A stretch of 64,000 nucleotides of DNA from positions 186,001-250,000 of the forward strand of contig JAXLNO010000065.1 of the NCBI GenBank assembly GCA_038087875.1, in the 5' to 3' direction. This DNA comes from Malacoraja senta. Lineage: Eukaryota. This document shows positions 1-12,443 of the stretch, one piece after another; positions within the stretch are counted from its first letter, which is position 1; each line of letters starts with the position of its first letter. Below the pieces are notes generated by a model, which worked only from the letters and a program-made list of their open reading frames with translations, was not told the origin of the DNA and ran no database searches. The translations under genes and the position numbers were made by a program.

Positions 1-246
1 GCCACCACAGTCAGACATAAAAAGTGCTTTTTACCATGAGCAGTAGCCCTACTCAATAACCAGAAATCTGTAGCCTCCTTTTGCGCTGGTACTTTATTTA
101 ATTCACACGTTTAAACTATAATGTTTTATTCTTAATGTTTTAATGTTTTATTCTTAATTGTTTACTGTATGTCGTGTTGCTACTTGCGAGCGGAGCACCA
201 AGGCAAATTTCTTGTAAGTGTACATACTTGGCCAATCATTCATTCA
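1..246 (+). mobile_element. Rex1/Babar-type LINE 3' end (ORF2 terminus, 3' UTR, short tandem tail)
   Basis: Opens with a degenerate copy of the ..R..SFFP.A..LLN terminus also seen in ORF 27905-28552. T-rich UTR and a CATT-repeat tail follow. Confidence 0.55.
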
Positions 247-247
247 A

Positions 248-552
248 GGGACATAGGTATAAGGTGAGAGGGTGAAGAGAGTAAAGATTTAATAGGAACT
301 CGAGGAGCAACATTTTCATACAGAGGGTTCGTTAAAGAGGGTGGGTATATAGAACGAGCTGCCAGAGGAGATAGTTGAGGCAGGTACTGTAGCAGCATTT
401 AAAAGACATTTGGGCATGTACATGGATTGGAAAGGTTTAGAGGGATATGGGCGAAATACGGGCAGATGGGTCGAGTGTAGATAGGGCATCTTGGTCGGCA
501 TGGGCAAGTTGGGCTGAAAGCCCTATTTCTGTACTGTGTGACACCATGATTC
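248..552 (+). mobile_element. CR1-type LINE 3' fragment
   Basis: ggacataggtataaggtgag..., 'ttttcatacagaggg', 'gagggatatggg' and a 3' tail 'gggctgaaagccctatttc', all shared with the longer CR1 copies in the window. Confidence 0.7.
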
Positions 553-1611
553 TAATGTTTGGCTTAGTCGTTCACTGAAATGCATATTCCCCATTTGAAT
601 CATTCAACAGTCATCTTAACAGTTGGTTGTTCCACTCATTTTTAAATTAAGGATTTGATTTATTCCATGATAATATGTATGATCCCTGTTTCTATTATTC
701 TTAAGAACTGTTCATTGACATTGTGATCAATTTGGTTAACCATTGATGCCCTGGCAATCAATTGAATCAATCATATATCTAATTATTGCTATCTTGAACC
801 CCTTATTTCTGTATTGAAATATTCTATGACTTATTTTATTAGTTTGATTGATCCATCCATCTGATTGTTGATCCTTCAGATCTTATTGTGCTTTGTTATT
901 TGTTCTGTAGTTTTTTTAATAGATTTTGTTGTTCCAAAGCTAATTTTGTTCAGTGAAATCATGTGTTGATCTGATTACTAGTTTCGAAAACATGCAGTAC
1001 AGAGGTTATCAGTCCATTGAATCATTCACTGATCTGATACACAACCAATTGAATGAATCTATTACCAAATTTAGAATTTATTGATATTAAAATATGTTTT
1101 GATTAATCTATTTTCTGATTTAATTAATTGTCGGTAAGTTGGTCATTGGTCTGTGGAATCATTTTTTCTGATTACTGGTTAGCTGAAGCAGACTTTGAGC
1201 AATTATTGTTCTGTCTCAACCAGTCAATTATGTTTTTGTTTCTCCCATAAATTCCTAATTTTGCATTGCTCTGTTTAAATTTCTCTGTTGGATCAACCAT
1301 TGATCCATTTTTTGCTCTGACAGACATTCTTTGAACAAACTGTTTGTCCGCTATACTGAACCAATTTGATCCGATAATTGCAGTGAATTGTTCATTAATC
1401 TAATTATTGATTTATGAATCATACATTTAAGAATATTTAATTGTTGAATCATTCAAACCTGAATAATGGTCTGCTAATTCGATCATATTATTGATCTAAT
1501 GACTCAATCATCAAACTATTGGCACACATATTATGTTTATCAATAGGTGGTGAGTTTTACTCAGCAGAAATTTATTGTTTTGAATTGTATGCTGATGGTT
1601 TTCATGCTCAT

Positions 1612-2256
1612 TTAGTTGAGTTTAGTTTAGTTTATTGTCGCGTGCACCGAGGTACAGTGAAAAGCATTTGTTGTGTGCAAACCAGTCAGCGGAAAGACTA
1701 TACATGATTACAATCAAGCCATCCACAGATACTTGATAAAGGGAATAAAGTTGAATGCAAGATAAAGTCCAGTAAAGTTTGATTAAAGATAGTCTGAGGG
1801 TCTCCATTGAGATAGATAGCAGTTCAGGACTGCTCTCTAGTTGTTGGTGGGATGGTTCAGTTGCTTGATAACAGCAGGGAAGAAATTGTCCCTGAATCTC
1901 ACGCTCCTGTACCCCTTGCCTGATGGGAGAGGGGAGAAGGGGAAGTGGCCAAAGTGAGACTAGTCCTTGATTATGCTGGTGGTCTTGCTGAGGCAGTGTG
2001 AAGTGTAAATGGGGTCAATGGAAGGGAGATAGACACAAAAAGCTGGAGCAACACAGCGGGACAGCTGAATGGAATGGAAGGGAGGTTGGTTTGCGTGATG
2101 GTCTGGGCTGCATCCACAATTCTCCGCAATTTCTTGCGGTCTTGGATGGAGTTGTTCCCAAAACCATGCTGTGATGCTTCCCAATAAAATGCTTTCTATG
2201 GAAGTTGGTGAGAGTTGATGAGGACATGCTGAACTTCCAAAGTCTTCGAAGGAAGA
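1612..2256 (-). mobile_element. Rex1/Babar-type LINE 3' fragment
   Basis: Minus ORF 1960-2184 (GSITAWF...LPSIDPIYTSHCLSKTTSIIKD) matches the Rex1 C-terminal region. 3' end is TGACAATAAA-like followed by a (CTAAA)n tail. Confidence 0.75.
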
Positions 2257-3023
2257 TTCAGAGTTTTTGATCCTCTTTTTTATTTTCTCCTTATTTTGAT
2301 TGTTGGCTCATTGAACATTTATTGATTATTGATCGGAGTTTAAATGGAGTGGAAACAGTTAATGGGAAACATAGAAACATAGGGAACAAGAGCAGGAGGA
2401 GCCATTTGGATCATTGAGCCTACTCCCTGCTTCCATGTGATCATAGCTGTTCATCCAAATTAAATTCCCTGAATTTGCATTCACCCCTCATCCCTCGATC
2501 GCCCCAGAGTTAAATACAACATTTAATTATTTCTTGAGTATCTTTAATGATTTGGCCTCAACTGTACTCGTGAGGTTAAAATGAGCATGACAATTAGACT
2601 CCAGTTGAGCAAAATCAGTGCATGAGACGTATTTGCAGAGATCTCAAAAGAAGTGGATGCAATATAGTGCCGGTTAGTGAAAGAGTATGGGGAGACTTAA
2701 CCTGCTGAGTATTCCTGTTAGGATAACAGCGTGAGCAGGTGACCCGCTGAGTAGAAGCTATTCCGTTCAGTGTGAGATGCTTGGGAACAGAACATGCAGC
2801 ATGGGGACGGTGGGCCGAGTTAGAGAGAGAACAGGAAAGAGTCACCCGTGGGCATAAACATGACCCCAGTGAGCACAAGATGATATAATAACTGAGTTAG
2901 AGGGAGCATGAGAAAGTGTGTCCTGGTGGGATACTAAATTCCCTGAGTGAAATGAGCCTGGGGAACTGAGCCCAGGAAAGTAACAGACAGGAACAGTCTG
3001 GATGAGTAACAACACTTCCGCCT

Positions 3024-3110
3024 CTGAAGAAGATTTCCGACCCGAAACATCACCTATTCCTTTTCCCCAGAGATGCTGCCTGACCCACTGAGTTACTCCA
3101 GGAATTTGGG
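3024..3110 (+). mobile_element. Penelope-like pseudo-LTR fragment with degenerate hammerhead core
   Basis: ctgaagaagatttccgacccgaaacatcacctattcc...gatgctgcctgacccactgagttactccag, the same unit that terminates the GIY-YIG fragments. Confidence 0.7.
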
Positions 3111-3454
3111 TCTTTCACCACTTCCTCCTCTATAACCATCAGCACAGGATGCACAAGATGTGCAATGTTTTGGCACCATTTTCCAAGTCCAGGCTGCACT
3201 CCAGTTGTTATGAGTGGTGCCCGATTCAGGCAAAGCCCAGCCATCGCCTTCCTTGGTCGACCAGCAACCGATGCCCTCTCCTAGCCCATCCACCTTTGAG
3301 CCCCACGGGCGCCTCTCACAGCCTCTCACACTGTAGGCCAGACCCCAGTACCCTCTCCTCTCCTGTTGGTCTCGCTCCAAGAACAAAATGAAGATATGAA
3401 TATACCATTGTACCACACCAGATCCAGAGACAAGGTGCAATGTCAACAATGGGG

Positions 3455-3680
3455 TAGAGGTGAATCGGTCCGTACCCTAGCTCATGGAAGAACTGTTCAG
3501 AAGCTAGATGACAGTGGAAGAAGCTGTTCTTGAGTCTGATGGTGTGTGCAATTTCAAATTTGTGTACCTTCTGCCTGATGGAAGCGGAGAGAAGAAGGAA
3601 ATACTGGGGTAGGACAAGTCTTTGATTATGTTGACTGGTTTTCGAAGGCAGCGTAGTGTAGGTGGAGTTAATGGTCGTTG
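3455..3680 (-). mobile_element. Rex1/Babar-type LINE fragment
   Basis: Minus ORF 3316-3711 includes ..LLSASIRQK..HTIRLKNSFF.., the same C-terminal motif as the other Rex1 copies. Confidence 0.6.
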
Positions 3681-3729
3681 TCATAGTACCTCCAACAGTT
3701 ATCATACACAAGATTAAAGTGTGAGCTAT

Positions 3730-4030
3730 TAACGCTGCAACAGATATCGGGGTGCATTACCTATTCCAATGCTGGGCGGAAGACACATGCCACCAATATT
3801 TATCAGGTTAGGGGTGTCTGAATTTACTTATGTTGACACAGCAAGGACTTCTTCCCCAGAGAACAAACACAGGTCAAGCTCTTGTCTACATTAATCCCAT
3901 TTGAAGAGACGAGATTGCTGTTTAGTTTTTACCAAGAAGCTCTGACTGCCATAAATATTTAATAAAATACTCAATAGCTGCAAACATACTTTCCCTCCTA
4001 ATGTGCTCAGATTAACTCTTCTCACTACCT
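3730..4030 (+). mobile_element. Ancient RTE-clade LINE reverse-transcriptase remnant
   Basis: Degenerate DNA resembling the RTE motifs CxNYRGIxLL..GK (tgcaacagatatcggggtgcattacctattcc) and DLxKAFD (tttaccaagaagctctgac). Heavily decayed. Confidence 0.35.
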
Positions 4031-4307
4031 CTGTAAAGGTTTGCTTTCTACTATAAACTCTGGTGGAATAAATAGTTTCCTTACCTGTGGGGTGGCCTGG
4101 AAGGAATACCTCCATTACGGTCACTGCTTCATACAGAATTTCTCTGTAGGCATATAATCCCAGCAATCAATTTTCAATCTGCAGGATTTTTATCTTGGAC
4201 ATCTATTTATATCAATAGCTGAACCATCCACGCATCTGGTCTTGATTAGTTGAAGCATCCACCATTCTCATTATTTCTATCATTCATTTCAAAATTCGAA
4301 GGAATCA

Positions 4308-4655
4308 CTTGATAGCGTGGATGTGAAGAGAATGTTTCCACTAATGGGGAAAGTCTAAGATCAGAGGACAGCCTCAGAATAAAAGGACGTACCTTTAGAA
4401 AGGAGATGGGAAGGAATTTCTTTATTCAGAGAGTGGTGAAACTGTGGAATTTATTGCCACAGACGGCTGTGTGGGTCAAGTTATTTGGGTATTTTAAGGC
4501 GGTGATTGACAAATTCTTCATTAGTAAGAGTGTCAAGGGTTATGGAGAGCAGGCAGGAGAATGGGGTTGAGAGAGAAAGATAGATCAGCCATGATTCAAT
4601 TTTGTACACTCGATGGGCCAAATGGCCAAATTCTGCTCCTATGACATGAATTTAT
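4308..4655 (+). mobile_element. CR1-type LINE 3' fragment
   Basis: gtggatgtgaagagaatgtttccact...aggaatttcttt..cagagagtggtgaa..tgtggaat; tail gggccaaatggcc..ttctgctcctatg. Confidence 0.75.
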
Positions 4656-5169
4656 GTGATCAGATTATCATGATAATTACACATCTGTTAGGTTAGCCAG
4701 TAGAATTATTGAGCAATTTGCTTTTAGTTCTGTGGAATAATTTCTAATCTGAATATTTCGGTAAAATTACTCATAGGTCAAACTATTAGTCAAGAGTATC
4801 ATTCTTCACTTGGATTGTAAGGTTGAATCACTCAATGGTCAACTTTGCTCAGTGGAACTATTCATTAATCTGATAATGGGTTGGTAGATTATGGGTCATT
4901 AAACTCAATCATCAGTCTGATTACTGCATATTGCATAGCAGAATCTTTCAGTCGGATCATCAGACTGAATCATTAGTGAGTCGTGATCAGTGGAATAAGG
5001 AACAGGGTTAAGAGAAGTCCATTTGCCCCCTTGATACTGCTCCACTATTCAGAAACAATCATGGCCAATTTCCTCGAGATGACCTGCCAGTGCTTTGTCC
5101 TGCCCCTCCACTCATCCAGCTTTCTTTCCCTCCACCCCTAAAATCACTCTGAAGAAGGGGAGTTTCAAG

Positions 5170-5357
5170 AAGCCAATTAACCTACAAACCTGCAAGTCTT
5201 TGGAATGTGGGAGGAAACTGTAGCACCCGGAAAAATCTCCACAAGGTCATGGGGAGAACGTACAAACTCGATACAGAAAACACCTACAGTCAGGATTGAA
5301 CCTGGGTCTCTGGCGCTGTGAGGCAGCAGCTCTATCGCTGAGCCACTGTACCGCCCA
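5170..5357 (-). mobile_element. V-domain tRNA-derived SINE (HE1-like), 3'-truncated
   Basis: Reverse complement has a tRNA-like head (A box, ggttcaatcc B box) and the V core gagtttgtacgttctcccc. Confidence 0.8.
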
Positions 5358-5835
5358 TGGCGTGCTGCCTCTGAACTCAGTGAAGGAACATTGACCCTGA
5401 CCTTTCACATTTTTCTTGCTGTATAACGCCAATCATTCAGGGACCTGCATATTTATCCAAAGGAATCTATTATCAGTCTGATTAGGGCTCATAGAATCAT
5501 TCAAGCAGTCTGACCTTGGGTCAGCTGAAACATTCATCACCCTGATTTCAGGAATGATTATTCAGTATAATTATCATTTGGCAATCTAATTATTCATCAG
5601 TAGAACATTCATCTGTCAGATAATCAGTCACTCGAACCATCACTCAGACTGTGTGTAATTAAAACCGTCTGTTCATTGCTCAACAGAATCATTCATTGAT
5701 GTGAGTATTGGTCACATATGTGGAATTATTCATACATTTGATTATTCATTGGTGGAATCTTTATTGATCCGATTATTGGTCAAAAAATATTTATAAATTT
5801 GATTATTCAATCGTACACTCCATAGGATTATTTAC

Positions 5836-6118
5836 TTTTAGACTTTAGAGATATAGCGTGGAAACAGGCCCTTCAGCGATCACTACATACACTGGCACTA
5901 TCCTACACTCTAGAGACAATTTGCAATTTACAGAAGCACATTCACCTACAAACGTGCTGTCTTTGGAATATGAAAGGAAACCAGAACAGCTGAAGAAAAC
6001 CCAGGCAGTCACAGGGAGAACGTCCAAACTCTGTACAGACAGAACCCATAGTCAGGATCGAACCCGGGTCTCTGGTGCTGTAAGGCAGCAACTCTACAGC
6101 TACATCACTGTGCTGCCC
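5836..6118 (-). mobile_element. V-domain tRNA-derived SINE (HE1-like)
   Basis: Head with B box gggttcgatcc, V core, and CR1-like tail gaagggcctgtttcc. Confidence 0.85.
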
Positions 6119-6255
6119 TTCAAGATACTATATAATATAAAATACAATAGGATACAAGAGTCTCGATAAGAGCATCATTATATTGTTTTTCAGAATTATT
6201 TGTATGTAGAATTATTCATCAAAAGATTATTTGACAGCAGACCCCATCATCCATT

Positions 6256-6550
6256 GGGCGGAGCGGTAGAGTTGCTGCCTTACAGTACCAGAGACCCGGG
6301 TTTGATTTTGACTGCGGGTGCTGTCTGTTTGTACATTCTTCCTGTGATCCGCATGGGGTTTCTCCGGGTGCTCCGGTTTCCTCCCACACTCCAAAGACGT
6401 ACAGGTTTGTAGGTTAATTTGCTTGGTATGAATGTCAATTGTCCCTAGTCTGTGCAGGATAGCGTTAATGTGCAGGGATCTCTGGTCAGTGCGGACTCGG
6501 TGGGCCAAAGGGCCTGTTTCCGCGCTGTATTTCTAAACTAAAACTAAAAA
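6256..6550 (+). mobile_element. V-domain tRNA-derived SINE (HE1-like)
   Basis: gcggtagagttgctgccttacag.. head, tttctccgggtgctccggtttcctcccac V core, gggcctgtttcc tail and (ctaaa)n end. Confidence 0.9.
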
Positions 6551-8281
6551 TATGTCTGATTATTGGTCAGAAGAAGCACATCTCTCATTCTTTGGTCGGA
6601 TTCATTCTTTAATTGGATAATTATCCTATAATTGCTTGGCTGAATTTTCTTGTCAGCCTGATTATTGGTCAGTTTAATCAATAAGCAGTCTGTTTGATGC
6701 ACGGTTTGTCATATCACCTGCAGATTCATTTATCAAAGTATAGATTAACAGAAACATCAATTGATCAGGTAAAACCATCCATAGGAAAAATATGTCAATT
6801 TTTGGCAGTATGATTTTGCAGTAGAATTATTCAGACTGATAATTGGTAATAGGAATTGTTCATTAATCAGAACTTGAGCAGAAACATTCATCGGTTTGAT
6901 TAGTAGAGATCTTTATAGGTTTGATTACTGTAAGTATGATTATTTGTCAGTGGCATCACTCGTTCTGATTACTAGTTTCAAGAATCATTCATCAATCTGA
7001 TTCTTGCTCAGGGGAATTGTTCATCGGTTTGAATTTTAGTCAGTAGAATAATTTAATGAAAGAATTTGTAATCAATCAGTAAGATAATTTGTCAGTAGAA
7101 TCACTTATTAGTGATTATTAGTGGATCGAATTATATTTGTCTGATAATGGGCCACTCGATTCATTTTTAATCTGTTGAATCATTCATCTGTGGTCATATT
7201 GGCAAATGCAATCTGAATAATGGTAAAATCACATGTTGATCTGATAATGAATCAATATGATTATCAGTCTGATTATTCACTGGGGGTTCATTCATCAGCC
7301 ACATTATTTTCCAGTGCAATGAATTATTACTTTAATTTTTGTTCAATACAATCATTCAGCCTTCTGTAAAATAATCCTATGGTTCAATTAGTCAACAAAT
7401 TTAATAATTAGTCAATAAATATTCAATCATTTTATTGATCGATTGTTAATACAATTATTCATAGATCTAATTATTAAAGTGGAATCATTCATACTGTAAG
7501 TGCTATTATTCATTGGTTAAACCATTCCTTGATTTGATGATCAAGTAAAAGCAGGAACCAGTACCAGTCTGCTGAATCAATCATTGATAGGATTTTTGTA
7601 TGTCTATAATAATATTCACCCCTTTGATTACCGGTCCATAGAGTCATTTCAGTGCGATCATTGTCAGTGTACTTATTTATTGGTCAGTAGAATCAATTTC
7701 CAGTGTGATTGTATGTCTACTGATCCAAACACCTATATTGTTCAGTAGAAACTGTTGTTAGTTAATTTATTACTAATGGAATTATACATCAATCTAACTA
7801 TTGATCAACAGAAATATCTATCAATCAGTCTGATTATCATTCAGTGGAGGGAGTCATTTATTGATCTGGTTGTTGGTGAGTAGGTCAATTCTCTAAGGGT
7901 TGAAGGGTCTCCACCCGAAATGTTGCCTATTTCCTTTGCTCCATAGATGCTGCCTCACCCGCTGAGTTTCTCCAGCATTTTTGTCTAGTAAGTCAATTCT
8001 CTGATCTGTTTATTGGTTTATTGGTGAGTAGAAACATTTATTGGTCAGTAGAAACATTTCAGTAGATGTATTTGTAAATCGTGCTGTTGGTCAGGAAAAT
8101 TTGAGCTTATTAATGGTGAGTAGGTCAATTTACTCATCTGTGCATTGGCCATTAGAAACATTTATTTATCAATAGATGCATTTGTAAATCTGTCTGTTGG
8201 TCAGGATAATTTTTCATTTGTCTTAACACTGTCAGTGGAATCGTTTATCAATTTAGATGGACAGTCTGCAGATCTATTTAA

Positions 8282-8898
8282 AGGTTCAAAGATCAGTTTA
8301 TTGTCACGTGTACCAATTAAGGTACAGTGAAACTCGAATTACAATACAGCCATACTAAAAGAAAAGCAACAAGACACACAACTACATAAAAGTTAACATA
8401 ACCATCCACCACAGCGGATTCCTCACTGTGAACGCAATAAAGTCTAGTCTTCTTTACACTCCCGCGGTCAGGGCAGTCGAATCATCGCAGTTGGGGCGGT
8501 CGAAGTTCCCGCGTCGGGGCGGTCGAAGCTCCCGTGTCAGGGCGGTCGAAGCTCCTGTGGCTTGGAGCTCCCAAAGTCGGTCTCTAACCAGAGACCGTGA
8601 GCTCCACGATGTTAATGTCCGCAGGCTCCCACGGCTGGAGCTCCCGAAGTCGATCTCCAGCAGAGGCCACCAACTCCTCAATGTTAGGCCGCAGTGTGGA
8701 AGGCGATAAGATACAGAAAAAAATCGTCTCAGTCGAGGTAAGAGATTAAAAAAATGTTTCCCCCCCCTCCCCCCCACATAAAACAAGCTGAAGAATACTA
8801 AAACAGGCATTTAACACATTTCACTAAAAACAACAACAAAGAAGGAAGGGACGAGACGGACTGTTGGTGAGGCCACCATTGCCAGCGACACCCGGTGG
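8282..8898 (-). mobile_element. Non-autonomous GC-rich retroelement with a Rex1-type 3' tail
   Basis: Minus-strand 3' end tttcactgtaccttaattggtacacgtgacaataaa. Body is CpG-rich with internal gggcggtcgaag repeats. Same layout as 40433-41282. Confidence 0.6.
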
Positions 8899-8949
8899 TC
8901 AAGATTTTGATTATTCATCAAAATTATTCTTGGATCACATTATTGGTTT

Positions 8950-9237
8950 AATTTAGAGATGCAGCGTAGAAACAGGCACTTCTGCACACCGAGTCCGCGC
9001 CAACCAACGCTCACCCACTAGTTCTATCCTACACACTAGGGAAAATTTACAGAAGCTAATTAACCTACGGACCTGTATCTCTTTAGAGTGTGAGAGGAAA
9101 CTGAAGCACCCAGAGAAAACCCATGCGGTCACTGGGAGAACGAACAAACTATGTACAGAGAGTACCCATGGTCAGGAACCAACCTGGTGCTCTGTTACAG
9201 TAAGGCAGCGACTCTACCGCTATGCCAATGTACCACA
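8950..9237 (-). mobile_element. V-domain tRNA-derived SINE (HE1-like)
   Basis: Reverse complement of the SINE consensus (head, V core, tail). Confidence 0.85.
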
Positions 9238-12200
9238 CAATAGTTGCATTATTGTTCCACAAAGACATTCAGTAGATGGCAGATTCATCAGTTTGATTAT
9301 TGTTCAGTCGAATTATTGGTCAGATATGTCATCAGAAATATTCACCGGCTTGATTATTGGTCAAAATGATTCTTTGATCACATTATTGGTCAGTTAAATT
9401 ATTAATCGGCTGGATGATTGTCAGTAAAATTATTATTTGATCACATTATTGGTTCTGTGGGGATTATTCATCAGTACGATTATTGAGCAAGGATCATTCA
9501 TTGGTCAGTACAATCAAACCTTGGACCAATTAACATTTATCTAACTGACGATTGTATGGCAACTCATTGATCTATTTGTCTATTGTTAGTAGAATAACTC
9601 GCCATTTTCATTAGTGTGTACAGAATTATTGCACCGTGTGGTTGTACCGTCAGTTGAGTCTTTCATAGCTGTTTATTGCCAGGAGCAATATTGGAACAGA
9701 GTATGGTCATTGGAATAATAGGGCAGTGATAGAAGAATGAATGAATTAATTATATGTTCATTGTAATATGGGCCTGTAGAATCACTTATTGGTCTGATTA
9801 TTGGTAATATAATCATTCACTGATCTTCTCTTTGCTCAGTTGAATTGTCCATGAATGTAATTGAATGGTCTGATGATTAGTCAATGCAATCCTACACCCA
9901 TTGGATTAATATTCAGTCACCGATTATATTTCAGTATAGTCATTCTAAAATATTATTGGTCAGTAGGGTAAATGATTGAGCTAATTATTGAATAATCTTG
10001 CATACTCAGTAGAATTATTTATCAGTCCAATTATTGGTCAGGATAATTTGATGAGTAGGACCATTCATTGATCTGATTATTGGCCAGATAAACTCATTCA
10101 ATGTCTTGAATGTGATATTTGGCCGTTAGAATAATTCTATTAATCAATCCGATCCTTCACTGGCCTGAATATAAATCTGATCTTATTACCGGGCAGCTGA
10201 GTTATTCATTGGCCTGTTTACATTAATTCTCTGTTTGATTAAATGGCAGTCAAAACCTATAAGTCTGATTATTACCCCTTTGGGTCATTAATTCATCAAA
10301 TTTAATTTTCAGTAAAATCATTGCTTGGCATGATTGTTGGCCAGTAGAACAATTCATCCATTGGATTATTGGTTACTAAATATATTCAGTGAGATTACTG
10401 AGATCGCTAATTAATGGTCAGTTTTGGGTTGATTGGGGTTTATATTGATTGGAAGAATAATGCTGGGCATTTGATTACTGAATAATAGCATCATTCTTCA
10501 GTTTGATTATTGATTGGTAGACTCATTCTTAAATCGGATAATTGATGAATAGATTTGCTATTCCAAATGGTTCAAGGTCAGTGCAATCCTCCAACCTGAT
10601 CGTTATCAGTTGGCCAATATATACCGTAAGCTCTTTAGTTTGAAATGCTAAACTTGTTGGTCTGATCTATTTTCCATAAACATATGCATCCTTCTAATTA
10701 TTTTAAGCCAAATAATTTATCTGTCTTTTTATCGGTGACTTAAATAATCATTCTCTCAAATCATAAATCAGTTTATTGGTTACTGAATAATAGCATCGTT
10801 CATTGATTTGAATGTTGGTCAGTGGAATCATTCACCAATCTGGTTTATGCAATCTTTTAATAGCATGAATATTGGTCAGTGATTAGAAATGGTCAGAATA
10901 ATCACGTATTGACTTCAACAGAATCCCACAATAGTTCCAATACTGTCGGTAAAAATGTTAATCAACCTGAATGTTGGGGAATAGAATTGCTCTTTGTACA
11001 GATTATCCACGGATTGATTATTGTCAGTAAAATAATTCGCTGATCTATGTTTTACAGGATGATTTATTCACCAATTTACATGCGGGGAGAATCATTAATC
11101 AACCTGATTATTGATTTGTACAATCATTCACTCTCGGCTGTTAGGCAGGGCATTCATTTACCTGTTTATTTATTCAAGAGAAGTATCATGGATAGGCTTG
11201 ATTATTGATCAGTAGAATCATTCACCAGCTTGGTTTTTACTTAGCAAATTTATACATGTATCAATGGTATTATCCAACAATCTATATATTGTGAATTGAA
11301 ATGGTTAGTTAAATATCGGTGGTGTAATTATCTGTCGGTAGAATAGACTCTCAATCTAATTATTGCCCAGTGGAGTTAATGGCTCATCAGATTAATGTTC
11401 AGCAGAATTATTGATATGAACCTCTAGTTAATGAAATCCATCCTTCAATCAGAATATTAAAAGTAGTATCATTTCTCAGTCCTGATTATTTTTAGTAGAT
11501 TCATTTATTGGACTATTTATTGCTCAGACAAATTATTGATCCTCTGACATTTTTGGTCAATGGTGTTATTCACTAGTTAAAAATTGTAAATTTACAATTG
11601 TAAATGGCTTGATTGGTGATCAGTGGAATCATTATTTTGATTAATTGATGGAGAAGATGATAATTCAGTGCTCATTCAATGGTCTGGTCGCTGCTCATTG
11701 TGTTTTAGTTAGACCTGATTATTAATCGGTAGCAAAATTGGTTCTGATTATCTTCAATGGATCCCGTCACCAGTACATTATGTTTAATGGTCAGAGGTAC
11801 CAGTTTGGTCTGATAATTGGCCAGCAGTCATTGATTGAAATGATTAATTTTCTACCTGATTACCAATCAAGGAAACTATACATTAATCTGATTACTCTTT
11901 GCATTATAATTGGACAGGGAATTGGTCATTGATTGTGATGTTTATTGGCTGGCAGAATCATTCTTTGGACAATAATTTATGGATATGTTCATTGATCTTC
12001 AGAATCATTGTCTGATTAGAAGCCATATTTTGTGGAATTATTGATTGGTTGCTTATTGTGAACTGAATTACTCATCAGTTATACTACTGGTCAATAGATA
12101 CATGAAACGGTGTGTGTGTTATTGGTCCGTAGAATCATTCACTGAATTGATTATTGGTCGGTAGAATCATTCACTGAATTGATTATTGGTCCATTGAATC

Positions 12201-12443
12201 ATTCGCTAAATTGATTATTGGTCAGTAGAATTGTTGACATGAATTAGTATGGGTTGGCAGAATCAATCTCTGGAGAGAGTATTGGCTGACAATGCCATGG
12301 CCTGGAGTGAATTATTGGGCTGTAAAATTGTTTTTATCTCTGCAATTTTCATTTCTAACTTTTACAACTTCCTTTGAAAATTTGTAAGCTGAAAGATTTG
12401 CTCAGCAAAAAAAACATGAGGAACTCGACAGGCCAGGTAGCAT

